In this document: positions 10,820-25,000 of the stretch, piece after piece
Position numbering within the stretch: position 1 is the stretch's first letter
Layout of the letters: each line of letters begins with the position of its first letter
Made by a program: the position numbers and the translations under genes
Notes under the pieces: model-generated
What the model was told of the DNA's origin: nothing
The model's input: the letters and a program-made list of their open reading frames with translations, nothing else
The model's database searches: none
Source of the DNA: Eledone cirrhosa
Lineage: Eukaryota
Direction of reading: 5' to 3'
Length of the DNA: 64,000 bases
Assembly: GCA_964016885.1 (NCBI GenBank)
Contig: OZ024744.1
Location: forward strand, 105,958,001-106,022,000

Positions 10820-11151
10820 ATCATCATCATTTTACATCCGCTTTTTCCCTGCTTGCAAGGGTGGGATGGGAAAGATTCTGGCTTGATTTCTACAGCTGGT
10901 TGCCCTTCTTAACACCAACCTCATTTACAGTGAGTGCTGGGTGCTTTTTTGCCGTGGCACCTCCACGACCACTTCGCAGTGGAATGATATGGACCCCAGT
11001 CTCTATCATCTCATTTCTACAGCTGAGTAAACTGGAGCAATGTGAAATAAAGTGTCTTGCTCAAGGAAACAACACATCACCCGGTTTGATAATTGAACTC
11101 ACAACCTTTTGATTGCAAGGCCAATGCTCTAACCACTAAGCCATGTGCCTC
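10820..11151 (-). mobile_element. Full-length SINE family B: tRNA head + CORE-like domain + RTE-derived tail
   Basis: Minus strand reads GGCACATGGCTTAGTGGTTAGAGC (A box)...GAGTTCAAT (B box)...TCCTTGAGCAAGACACTT...RTE tail ending (GAT)n. Confidence 0.85.
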
Positions 11152-11497
11152 AATATATACATAAAAGTTGTTCTAATGGTTAGGGTGTTAAACACAAGAT
11201 CTTAAGGTAGTGGTTCGATTTCAGGATCAGGCAGGCCATTGTGTTCTTCAGCAAGGTACATATACACCATCATCATTATCATCACCGAGTGTATATATAT
11301 ATATGTATCAATGTATGTACATCATCATCATTTTACAATCGCTTTTCCTTGCTTGCATGTATGCATACATACACATACTCATGTAGATACTTACATACAC
11401 AGATCTACAAAACATATACACATGCCTACAAAATCAGAAAACAGCACAGCTCCCATAACTTTCGGAAACATTTTTTCCTGCTCATAGTTGCTGAAGC

Positions 11498-11745
11498 ATG
11501 GAACAAACTACCTGCATCAGTTGTTAGCTGTCGAGACACTGCATCCTTTAAAACCTCCATGGAACAAACTACCTGCATCAGTTGTTAGCTGTCGAGACAC
11601 TGCATCCTTTAAAACCTCCATGGAACAAACTACCTGCATCAGTTGTTAGCTGTCGAGATACTGCATCCTTTAAAACCTCCATGGAACAGACTACCTGCAT
11701 CAGTTGTTAACTGTCAAGACACTGCATCCTTTAAAACGTCCATGC
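11498..11745. repeat. 61-bp tandem repeat x4
   Basis: Unit ATGGAACAAACTACCTGCATCAGTTGTTAGCTGTCGAGACACTGCATCCTTTAAAACCTCC. Confidence 0.9.
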
Positions 11746-11974
11746 TTTCTGAGATTCACCAACACTACACCTGATATTCCCCCTCCATACACACGCACAC
11801 ACATGTATCTGTATGTATATCATGACACATTTACTTTCCTGATAGTTGTACATTATTTTATGTACTATACATGCACCTTTGATGAGTTGTAGTGCACCTC
11901 AGCACTGTACACAATCATTTCATTATTATCATTATATCTGCATAAAGAATATTTTAACACCATTCAATACTCAC

Positions 11975-12036
11975 AGACATTACACGGATAAAATTCATTA
12001 AAATTCTTGTTTTTTCCTCAACAGAGCAACATATAT
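11975..12036 (-). CDS. TRAPPC11: TRAPPC11 exon (11th): (H)ICCSVEEKTRILMNFIRVMS
   Basis: Acceptor TTTTAG preceded by a U12 branch site, donor GTGAGT, 62 nt. Bridges the phases of both flanking exons and resembles KDDQKSRIEKNLINVLM. Confidence 0.9.
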
Positions 12037-12503
12037 CTAAAATTATAGTTAAGGAAATAATTTCTTTCTCTGCAAAAAGGTACACTTAAGAAATGATAAT
12101 AAAGAAATAAACAGTCCCAATCTAAAGAATATGTCTGGATGGAGTTCCACTTTAGATACAACAAAAAGAGTCCCTTCATTGAAAATGTCTTTAGATTCAT
12201 TAATGCGTCGGTAATAGAAATAAACACCTTTTATTGTGTGATTAGTGGTTGTGATTCAGTACTGACTTGCTCTGTGACAACTCAGCCAACACTTGCTATC
12301 AAGGAAAGCAGGCATTAGATGACAATGACAATGATGGTGATGGTGATGGTGATGATGGTGGCGATAATGGTGGTGATGGTGGTGGGGATGATGATGATAA
12401 TGATGGTGATGATGAAGACAACTGTGGTGATGGTGATGGTGATGATAGTGGTTGTGTGATGATGATAGTGGTGGTGATAATGATGATGATAGTGGTGGTG
12501 ATA

Positions 12504-12544
<41 letters not shown>

Positions 12545-12810
12545 AAACATTTAAAAATAAACAGCTTTGTGTCATTGAGCCAGAGGTGGTTTTAGGTGGA
12601 TTGGTAAATATTATTAAATAAACTATATTTTTTCCAAAACCAGAATGTGATGAAGACATTGCAAGTGAGAGGTGTCAACTGTCTCATTGGAAGCAAATGT
12701 TATTTTAAATAAAAAAGGAAACATAAGTAAAAGACAGAGAGAAAAACATAAATATTTATATTTAAAATACTTTTTCGTCAGAACCAAAATTTGTTTCACA
12801 ATAAGGATAC
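12037..12810 (-). other. U12-type (minor spliceosome) GT-AG intron, 774 nt
   Basis: 5' splice site GTATCCTTAT. Branch site TTTCCTTAAC (12048-12057) with the branch A 12-13 nt from the AG. No long polypyrimidine tract. Confidence 0.93.
12318..12545. repeat. (GAT/GGT)n tract inside the U12 intron
   Basis: Direct reading. Confidence 0.9.
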
Positions 12811-12956
12811 GTTCTCCAGTAAGTTCAAGACATACTGTAATATAGTCATGGACTTTGGCTGTTAGATAAGCACATTTCAGTGAGGTTTGTAAGAGATGTG
12901 TAAGGGGAGGTCGCCATCGTTCAACACGGTAATCCCACATCACTTTATTTAACATC
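12811..12956 (-). CDS. TRAPPC11: TRAPPC11 exon (10th): MLNKVMWDYRVERWRPPLTHLLQTSLKCAYLTAKVHDYITVCLELTGE(H)
   Basis: Lies within ORF 12623..13009. Acceptor ATTCAG, donor GTATCCTT, 146 nt. Matches [40 protein letters not shown]. Confidence 0.95.
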
Positions 12957-13090
12957 CTGAATAGTAAAAGGAAAAAAAATTTGTTTACTTGAATTACCGA
13001 CAAACACACAGACAGACAGTGATGTTAATATTATAGGTGAAGTCTCAGTTTAGACTTTCAGTAACACATGTGCACTGATAACAGAATCCT

Positions 13091-16000
13091 ACATGTGCTA
13101 AGTGACTGTACATGTGAGAAGTGACTGGATGTGACTACACATGTGATAAGTGACTGGATGTGACTGTACATGTGATAAGTGACTGGATGTGACTACATGT
13201 GAGAAGTGACTGGATGTGACTGTACATGGAATAAGTGACTGGATGTGACTGTACATGTGATAAGTGACTGGATGTGACTATACATGTGATAAGTGACTGG
13301 ATGTGACTGTACATGTGATAAGTGACTGGATGTGACTGTACATGGAATAAGTGACTGGATGTGACTGTACATGTGATAAGTGACTGGATGTGACTGTACA
13401 TGTGATAAGTGACTGGATGTGACTGTACATGTGATAAGTGACTGGATGTGACTGTACATGTGAGAAGTGACTGGATGTGACTGTACATGTGATAAGTGAC
13501 TGGATGTGACTATACATGTGATAAGTGACTGGATGTGACTGTACATGGAATAAGTGACTGGATGTGACTGTACATGTGAGAAGTGACTGGATGTGACTGT
13601 ACATGTGATAAGTGACTGGATGTGACTGTACATGTGATAAGTGACTGGATGTGACTGTACATGTGATAAGTGACTGGATGTGACTGTACATGTGATAAGT
13701 GACTGGATGTGACTGTACATGTGATAAGTGACTGGATGTGACTGTACATGTGAGAAGTGACTGGATGTGACTGTACATGTGATAAGTGACTGGATGTGAC
13801 TGTACATGTGATAAGTGACTGGATGTGACTGTACATGTGAGAAGTGACTGGATGTGACTGTACATGTGATAAGTGACTGGATGTGACTGTACATGTGATA
13901 AGTGACTGGATGTGACTGTACATGTGATAAGTGACTGGATGTGACTGTACATGTGATAAGTGACTGGATGTGACTGTACATGTGATAAGTGACTGGATGT
14001 GACTGTACATGTGATAAGTGACTGGATGTGACTGTACATGGAATAAGTGACTGGATGTGACTGTACATGTGATAAGTGACTGGATGTGACTGTACATGTG
14101 ATAAGTGACTGGATGTGACTGTACATGTGATAAGTGACTGGATGTGACTGTACATGTGATAAGTGACTGGATGTGACTGTACATGGAATAAGTGACTGGA
14201 TGTGACTGTACATGTGATAAGTGACTGGATGTGACTGTACATGTGATAAGTGACTGGATGTGACTGTACATGTGATAAGTGACTGGATGTGACTGGATGT
14301 GACTGTACATGTGATAAGTGACTGGATGTGACTGTACATGTGATAAGTGACTGGATGTGACTGTACATGGAATAAGTGACTGGATGTGACTGTACATGTG
14401 ATAAGTGACTGGATGTGACTGTACATGTGATAAGTGACTGGATGTGACTGTACATGTGATAAGTGACTGGATGTGACTGTACATGTGATAAGTGACTGGA
14501 TGTGACTGTACATGTGAGAAGTGACTGGATGTGACTGTACATGGAATAAGTGACTGGATGTGACTGTACATGGAATAAGTGACTGGATGTGACTGTACAT
14601 GGAATAAGTGACTGGATGTGACTGTACATGTGATATGTGACTGGATGTGACTGTACATGTGATAAGTGACTGGATGTGACTGTACATGTGATAAGTGACT
14701 GGATGTGACAGTACATGTGATAAGTGACTGGATGTGACTGTACATGTGATAAGTGACTGTACATGTGATAAGTGACTGGATGTGACTGTACATGTGAGAA
14801 GTGACTGGATGTGACTGTACATGTGAGAAGTGACTGGATGTGACTGTACATGTGATAAGTGACTGGATGTGACTGTACATGTGATAAGTGACTGGATGTG
14901 ACTGTACATGTGATAAGTGACTGGATGTGACTGTACATGGAATAAGTGACTGGATGTGACTGTACATGTGATAAGTGACTGGATGTGACTGTACATGTGA
15001 TAAGTGACTGGATGTGACTGGATGTGACTGTACATGTGATAAGTGACTGGATGTGACTGTACATGTGAGAAGTGACTGGATGTGACTGTACATGTGATAA
15101 GTGACTGGATGTGACTGTACATGGAATAAGTGACTGGATGTGACTGTACATGTGAGAAGTGACTGGATGTGACTGTACATGTGAAAAGTGACTGGATGTG
15201 ACTGTACATGGAATAAGTGACTGGATGTGACTGTACATGTGATAAGTGACTGGATGTGACTGTACATGTGATAAGTGACTGGATGTGACTGTACATGTGA
15301 GAAGTGACTGGATGTGACTGTACATGGAATAAGTGACTGGATGTGACTGTACATGGAATAAGTGACTGGATGTGACTGTACATGTGATAAGTGACTGGAT
15401 GTGACTGTACATGTGAGAAGTGACTGGATGTGACTGTACATGTGATAAGTGACTGGATGTGACTGTACATGTGATAAGTGACTGGATGTGACTGTACATG
15501 TGATAAGTGACTGGATGTGACTGTACATGTGATAAGTGACTGGATGTGACTGTACATGTGATAAGTGACTGGATGTGACTGTACATGTGAGAAGTGACTG
15601 GATGTGACTGTACATGTGAGAAGTGACTGGATGTGACTGTACATGTGATAAGTGACTGGATGTGACTGTACATGGAATAAGTGACTGGATGTGACTGTAC
15701 ATGGAATAAGTGACTGGATGTGACTGTACATGTGAGAAGTGACTGGATGTGACTGTACATGTGATAAGTGACTGGATGTGACTGTACATGGGAGAAGTGA
15801 CTGGATGTGACTGTACATGTGATAAGTGACTGGATGTGACTGTACATGGGAGAAGTGACTGGATGTGACTGTACATGTGATAAGTGACTGGATGTGACTG
15901 TACATGTGATAAGTGACTGGATGTGACTGTACATGTGATAAGTGACTGGATGTGACTGTACATGTGATAAGTGACTGGATGTGACTGTACATGGAATAAG

Positions 16001-19000
16001 TGACTGGATGTGACTGTACATGTGATAAGTGACTGGATGTGACTGTACATGTGATAAGTGACTGGATGTGACTGTACATGTGATAAGTGACTGGATGTGA
16101 CTGTACATGTGATAAGTGACTGGATGTGACTGTACATGGAATAAGTGACTGGATGTGACTGTACATGTGATAAGTGACTGGATGTGACTGTACATGTGAT
16201 AAGTGACTGGATGTGACTGTACATGTGATAAGTGACTGGATGTGACTGGATGTGACTGTACATGTGATAAGTGACTGGATGTGACTGTACATGTGATAAG
16301 TGACTGGATGTGACTGTACATGTGATAAGTGACTGGATGTGACTGTACATGTGATAAGTGACTGGATGTGACTGTACATGTGATAAGTGACTGGATGTGA
16401 CTGTACATGTGATAAGTGACTGGATGTGACTGTACATGTGAGAAGTGACTGGATGTGACTGTACATGGAATAAGTGACTGGATGTGACTGTACATGGAAT
16501 AAGTGACTGGATGTGACTGTACATGGAATAAGTGACTGGATGTGACTGTACATGTGATATGTGACTGGATGTGACTGTACATGTGATAAGTGACTGGATG
16601 TGACTGTACATGTGATAAGTGACTGGATGTGACAGTACATGTGATAAGTGACTGGATGTGACTGTACATGTGATAAGTGACTGTACATGTGATAAGTGAC
16701 TGGATGTGACTGTACATGTGAGAAGTGACTGGATGTGACTGTACATGTGAGAAGTGACTGGATGTGACTGTACATGTGATAAGTGACTGGATGTGACTGT
16801 ACATGTGATAAGTGACTGGATGTGACTGTACATGTGATAAGTGACTGGATGTGACTGTACATGGAATAAGTGACTGGATGTGACTGTACATGTGATAAGT
16901 GACTGGATGTGACTGTACATGTGATAAGTGACTGGATGTGACTGGATGTGACTGTACATGTGATAAGTGACTGGATGTGACTGTACATGTGAGAAGTGAC
17001 TGGATGTGACTGTACATGTGATAAGTGACTGGATGTGACTGTACATGGAATAAGTGACTGGATGTGACTGTACATGTGAGAAGTGACTGGATGTGACTGT
17101 ACATGTGAAAAGTGACTGGATGTGACTGTACATGGAATAAGTGACTGGATGTGACTGTACATGTGATAAGTGACTGGATGTGACTGTACATGTGATAAGT
17201 GACTGGATGTGACTGTACATGTGAGAAGTGACTGGATGTGACTGTACATGGAATAAGTGACTGGATGTGACTGTACATGGAATAAGTGACTGGATGTGAC
17301 TGTACATGTGATAAGTGACTGGATGTGACTGTACATGTGAGAAGTGACTGGATGTGACTGTACATGTGATAAGTGACTGGATGTGACTGTACATGTGATA
17401 AGTGACTGGATGTGACTGTACATGTGATAAGTGACTGGATGTGACTGTACATGTGATAAGTGACTGGATGTGACTGTACATGTGATAAGTGACTGGATGT
17501 GACTGTACATGTGAGAAGTGACTGGATGTGACTGTACATGTGAGAAGTGACTGGATGTGACTGTACATGTGATAAGTGACTGGATGTGACTGTACATGGA
17601 ATAAGTGACTGGATGTGACTGTACATGGAATAAGTGACTGGATGTGACTGTACATGTGAGAAGTGACTGGATGTGACTGTACATGTGATAAGTGACTGGA
17701 TGTGACTGTACATGGGAGAAGTGACTGGATGTGACTGTACATGTGATAAGTGACTGGATGTGACTGTACATGGGAGAAGTGACTGGATGTGACTGTACAT
17801 GTGATAAGTGACTGGATGTGACTGTACATGTGATAAGTGACTGGATGTGACTGTACATGTGATAAGTGACTGGATGTGACTGTACATGGGAGAAGTGACT
17901 GGATGTGACTGTACATGTGATAAGTGACTGGATGTGACTGTACATGTGATAAGTGACTGGATGTGACTGTACATGTGATAAGTGACTGGATGTGACTGTA
18001 CATGTGATAAGTGACTGGATGTGACTGTACATGTGATAAGTGACTGGATGTGACTGTACATGGGAGAAGTGACTGGATGTGACTGTACATGGGAGAAGTG
18101 ACTGGATGTGACTGTACATGGAATAAGTGACTGGATGTGACTGTACATGTGATAAGTGACTGGATGTGACTGTACATGTGATAAGTGACTGGATGTGACT
18201 GTACATGTGAGAAGTGACTGGATGTGACTGTACATGTGATAAGTGACTGGATGTGACTGTACATGTGATAAGTGACTGGATGTGACTGTACATGTGATAA
18301 GTGACTGGATGTGACTGTACATGTGATAAGTGACTGGATGTGACTGTACATGTGATAAGTGACTGGATGTGACTGTACATGGATTAAGTGACTGGATGTG
18401 ACTGTACATGTGATAAGTGACTGGATGTGACTGTACATGTGAGAAGTGACTGGATGTGACTGTACATGTGATAAGTGACTGGATGTGACTGTACATGGAA
18501 TAAGTGACTGGATGTGACTGTACATGTGAGAAGTGACTGGATGTAACTGTACATGTGAGAAGTGACTGGATGTGACTGTACATGGAATAAGTGACTGGAT
18601 GTGACTGTACATGTGATAAGTGACTGGATGTGACTGTACATGGAATAAGTGACTGGATGTGACTGTACATGTGATAAGTGACTGGATGTGACTGTACATG
18701 TGATAAGTGACTGGATGTGACTGTACATGTGATAAGTGACTGGATGTGACTGTACATGTGAGAAGTGACTGGATGTGACTGTACATGTGATAAGTGACTG
18801 GATGTGACTGTACATGTGATAAGTGACTGGATGTGACTGTACATGTGAGAAGTGACTGGATGTGACTGTACATGTGATAAGTGACTGGATGTGACTGTAC
18901 ATGGAATAAGTGACTGGATGTGACTGTACATGGAATAAGTGACTGGATGTGACTGTACATGGAATAAGTGACTGGATGTGACTGTACATGTGAGAAGTGA

Positions 19001-22000
19001 CTGGATGTGACTGTACATGGAATAAGTGACTGGATGTGACTGTACATGTGATAAGTGACTGGATGTGACTGTACATGTGATAAGTGACTGGATGTGACTG
19101 TACATGTGATAAGTGACTGGATGTGACTGTACATGTGAGAAGTGACTGGATGTGACTGTACATGTGATAAGTGACTGGATGTGACTGTACATGTGAGAAG
19201 TGACTGGATGTGACTGTACATGTGATAAGTGACTGGATGTGACTGTACATGGAATAAGTGACTGGATGTGACTGTACATGTGATAAGTGACTGGATGTGA
19301 CTGTACATGTGATAAGTGACTGTACATGTGATAAGTGACTGGATGTGACTGTACATGTGATAAGTGACTGGATGTGACTGTACATGTGATAAGTGACTGG
19401 ATGTGACTGTACATGTGAGAAGTGACTGGATGTGACTGTACATGTGATAAGTGACTGGATGTGACTGTACATGTGATAAGTGACTGAACATGTGATAAGT
19501 GACTGGATGTGACTGTACATGTGATAAGTGACTGGATGTGACTGTACATGTGATAAGTGACTGGATGTGACTGTACATGTGAGAAGTGACTGGATGTGAC
19601 TGTACATGTGAGAAGTGACTGGATGTGACTGTACATGTGATAAGTGACTGGATGTGACTGTACATGGAATAAGTGACTGGATGTGACTGTACATGTGATA
19701 AGTGACTGGATGTGACTGTACATGTGAGAAGTGACTGGATGTGACTGTACATGTGATAAGTGACTGGATGTGACTGTACATGTGATAAGTGACTGGATGT
19801 GACTGTACATGGAATAAGTGACTGGATGTGACTGTACATGGAATAAGTGACTGGATGTGACTGTACATGGAATAAGTGACTGGATGTGACTGTACATGTG
19901 ATAAGTGACTGGATGTGACTGTACATGTGAGAAGTGACTGGATGTGACTGTACATGGAATAAGTGACTGGATGTGACTGTACATGTGATAAGTGACTGGA
20001 TGTGAATGTACATGGAATAAGTGACTGGATGTGACTGTACATGTGATAAGTGACTGTACATGTGATAAGTGACTGGATGTGACTGTACATGTGATAAGTG
20101 ACTGGATGTGACTGTACATGGAATAAGTGACTGGATGTGACTGTACATGTGAGAAGTGACTGGATGTGACTGTACATGTGATAAGTGACTGGATGTGACT
20201 GTACATGTGATTAAGTGACAGGATGTGACGTACATGTGATAAGTGACTGGATGTGACTGTACATGTGATAAGTGACTGGATGTGACTGTACATGTGATAA
20301 GTGACTGGATGTGACTGTACATGTGATAAGTGACTGTACATGTGATAAGTGACTGGATGTGACTGTACATGTGATAAGTGACTGGATGTGACTGTACATG
20401 TGAGAAGTGACTGGATGTGACTGTACATGTGAGAAGTGACTGGATGTGACTGTACATGTGATAAGTGACTGGATGTGACTGTACATGTGATAAGTGACTG
20501 GATGTGACTGTACATGTGATAAGTGACTGGATGTGACTGTACATGTGATAAGTGACTGGATGTGACTGTACATGTGATAAGTGACTGTACATGTGATAAG
20601 TGACTGGATGTGACTGTACATGGAATAAGTGACTGGATGTGACTGTACATGTGATAAGTGACTGGATGTGACTGTACATGTGATAAGTGACTGGATGTGA
20701 CTGTACATGTGATAAGTGACTGGATGTGACTGTACATGTGATAAGTGACTGGATGTGACTGTACATGTGATAAGTGACTGGATGTGACTGTACATGGAAT
20801 AAGTGACTGGATGTGACTGTACATGTGATAAGTGACTGGATGTGACTGTACATGTGATAAGTGACTGGATGTGACTGGATGTGACTGTACATGTGATAAG
20901 TGACTGGATGTGACTGTACATGTGATAAGTGACTGGATGTGACTGTACATGGAATAAGTGACTGGATGTGACTGTACATGTGATAAGTGACTGGATGTGA
21001 CTGTACATGTGATAAGTGACTGGATGTGACTGTACATGTGATAAGTGACTGGATGTGACTGTACATGTGATAAGTGACTGGATGTGACTGTACATGTGAG
21101 AAGTGACTGGATGTGACTGTACATGGAATAAGTGACTGGATGTGACTGTACATGGATAAGTGACTGGATGTGACTGTACATGTGAATAAGTGACTGGATG
21201 TGACTGTACATGTGATAAGTGACTGGATGTGACTGTACATGTGATAAGTGACTGGATGTGACTGTACATGTGATAAGTGACTGGATGTGACTGTACATGT
21301 GATAAGTGACTGGATGTGACTGTACATGTGATAAGTGACTGTACATGTGATAAGTGACTGGATGTGACTGTACATGTGAGAAGTGACTGGATGTGACTGT
21401 ACATGTGATAAGTGACTGGATGTGACTGTACATGTGATAAGTGACTGGATGTGACTGTACATGTGATAAGTGACTGGATGTGACTGTACATGGAATAAGT
21501 GACTGGATGTGACTGTACATGTGATAAGTGACTGGATGTGACTGTACATGTGATAAGTGACTGGATGTGACTGTACATGGAATAAGTGACTGGATGTGAC
21601 TGTACATGTGATAAGTGACTGGATGTGACTGTACATGTGAGAAGTGACTGGATGTGACTGTACATGTGATAAGTGACTGGATGTGACTGTACATGGAATA
21701 AGTGACTGGATGTGACTGTACATGTGAGAAGTGACTGGATGTGACTGTACATGTGAGAAGTGACTGGATGTGACTGTACATGGAATAAGTGACTGGATGT
21801 GACTGTACATGTGATAAGTGACTGGATGTGACTGTACATGTGATAAGTGACTGGATGTGACTGTACATGTGAGAAGTGACTGGATGTGACTGTACATGGA
21901 ATAAGTGACTGGATGTGACTGTACATGGAATAAGTGACTGGATGTGACTGTACATGTGATAAGTGACTGGATGTGACTGTACATGTGAGAAGTGACTGGA

Positions 22001-25000
22001 TGTGACTGTACATGTGATAAGTGACTGGATGTGACTGTACATGTGATAAGTGACTGGATGTGACTGTACATGTGATAAGTGACTGGATGTGACTGTACAT
22101 GTGATAAGTGACTGGATGTGACTACATGTGAGAAGTGACTGGATGTGACTGTACATGGAATAAGTGACTGGATGTGACTGTACATGTGATAAGTGACTGG
22201 ATGTGACTATACATGTGATAAGTGACTGGATGTGACTGTACATGTGATAAGTGACTGGATGTGACTGTACATGGAATAAGTGACTGGATGTGACTGTACA
22301 TGTGATAAGTGACTGGATGTGACTGTACATGTGATAAGTGACTGGATGTGACTGTACATGTGATAAGTGACTGGATGTGACTGTACATGTGAGAAGTGAC
22401 TGGATGTGACTGTACATGTGATAAGTGACTGGATGTGACTATACATGTGATAAGTGACTGGATGTGACTGTACATGGAATAAGTGACTGGATGTGACTGT
22501 ACATGTGAGAAGTGACTGGATGTGACTGTACATGTGATAAGTGACTGGATGTGACTGTACATGTGATAAGTGACTGGATGTGACTGTACATGTGATAAGT
22601 GACTGGATGTGACTGTACATGTGATAAGTGACTGGATGTGACTGTACATGTGATAAGTGACTGGATGTGACTGTACATGTGAGAAGTGACTGGATGTGAC
22701 TGTACATGTGATAAGTGACTGGATGTGACTGTACATGTGATAAGTGACTGGATGTGACTGTACATGTGAGAAGTGACTGGATGTGACTGTACATGTGATA
22801 AGTGACTGGATGTGACTGTACATGTGATAAGTGACTGGATGTGACTGTACATGTGATAAGTGACTGGATGTGACTGTACATGTGATAAGTGACTGGATGT
22901 GACTGTACATGTGATAAGTGACTGGATGTGACTGTACATGTGATAAGTGACTGGATGTGACTGTACATGGAATAAGTGACTGGATGTGACTGTACATGTG
23001 ATAAGTGACTGGATGTGACTGTACATGTGATAAGTGACTGGATGTGACTGTACATGTGATAAGTGACTGGATGTGACTGTACATGTGATAAGTGACTGGA
23101 TGTGACTGTACATGGAATAAGTGACTGGATGTGACTGTACATGTGATAAGTGACTGGATGTGACTGTACATGTGATAAGTGACTGGATGTGACTGTACAT
23201 GTGATACGTGACTGGATGTGACTGGATGTGACTGTACATGTGATAAGTGACTGGATGTGACTGTACATGTGATAAGTGACTGGATGTGACTGTACATGGA
23301 ATAAGTGACTCGATGTGACTGTACATGTGATAAGTGACTGGATGTGACTGTACATGTGATAAGTGACTGGATGTGACTGTACATGTGATAAGTGACTGGA
23401 TGTGACTGTACATGTGATAAGTGACTGGATGTGACTGTACATGTGAGAAGTGACTGGATGTGACTGTACATGGAATAAGTGACTGGATGTGACTGTACAT
23501 GGAATAAGTGACTGGATGTGACTGTACATGGAATAAGTGACTGGATGTGACTGTACATGTGATATGTGACTGGATGTGACTGTACATGTGATAAGTGACT
23601 GGATGTGACTGTACATGTGATAAGTGACTGGATGTGACAGTACATGTGATAAGTGACTGGATGTGACTGTACATGTGATAAGTGACTGTACATGTGATAA
23701 GTGACTGGATGTGACTGTACATGTGAGAAGTGACTGGATGTGACTGTACATGTGAGAAGTGACTGGATGTGACTGTACATGTGATAAGTGACTGGATGTG
23801 ACTGTACATGTGATAAGTGACTGGATGTGACTGTACATGTGATAAGTGACTGGATGTGACTGTACATGGAATAAGTGACTGGATGTGACTGTACATGTGA
23901 TAAGTGACTGGATGTGACTGTACATGTGATAAGTGACTGGATGTGACTGGATGTGACTGTACATGTGATAAGTGACTGGATGTGACTGTACATGTGAGAA
24001 GTGACTGGATGTGACTGTACATGTGATAAGTGACTGGATGTGACTGTACATGGAATAAGTGACTGGATGTGACTGTACATGTGAGAAGTGACTGGATGTG
24101 ACTGTACATGTGAAAAGTGACTGGATGTGACTGTACATGGAATAAGTGACTGGATGTGACTGTACATGTGATAAGTGACTGGATGTGACTGTACATGTGA
24201 TAAGTGACTGGATGTGACTGTACATGTGAGAAGTGACTGGATGTGACTGTACATGGAATAAGTGACTGGATGTGACTGTACATGGAATAAGTGACTGGAT
24301 GTGACTGTACATGTGATAAGTGACTGGATGTGACTGTACATGTGAGAAGTGACTGGATGTGACTGTACATGTGATAAGTGACTGGATGTGACTGTACATG
24401 TGATAAGTGACTGGATGTGACTGTACATGTGATAAGTGACTGGATGTGACTGTACATGTGATAAGTGACTGGATGTGACTGTACATGTGATAAGTGACTG
24501 GATGTGACTGTACATGTGAGAAAGTGACTGGATGTGACTGTACATGTGAGAAGTGACTGGATGTGACTGTACATGTGATAAGTGACTGGATGTGACTGTA
24601 CATGGAATAAGTGACTGGATGTGACTGTACATGGAATAAGTGACTGGATGTGACTGTACATGTGAGAAGTGACTGGATGTGACTGTACATGTGATAAGTG
24701 ACTGGATGTGACTGTACATGGAGAAGTGACTGGATGTGACTGTACATGTGATAAGTGACTGGATGTGACTGTACATGGGAGAAGTGACTGGATGTGACTG
24801 TACATGTGATAAGTGACTGGATGTGACTGTACATGTGATAAGTGACTGGATGTGACTGTACATGTGATAAGTGACTGGATGTGACTGTACATGTGATAAG
24901 TGACTGGATGTGACTGTACATGGAATAAGTGACTGGATGTGACTGTACATGTGATAAGTGACTGGATGTGACTGTACATGTGATAAGTGACTGGATGTGA

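Noticed and set aside
11040-11151. tRNA gene (also 62270-62357 and 7671-7760)
   Set aside because: A/B boxes run into shared SINE bodies and no complete cloverleaf is visible.
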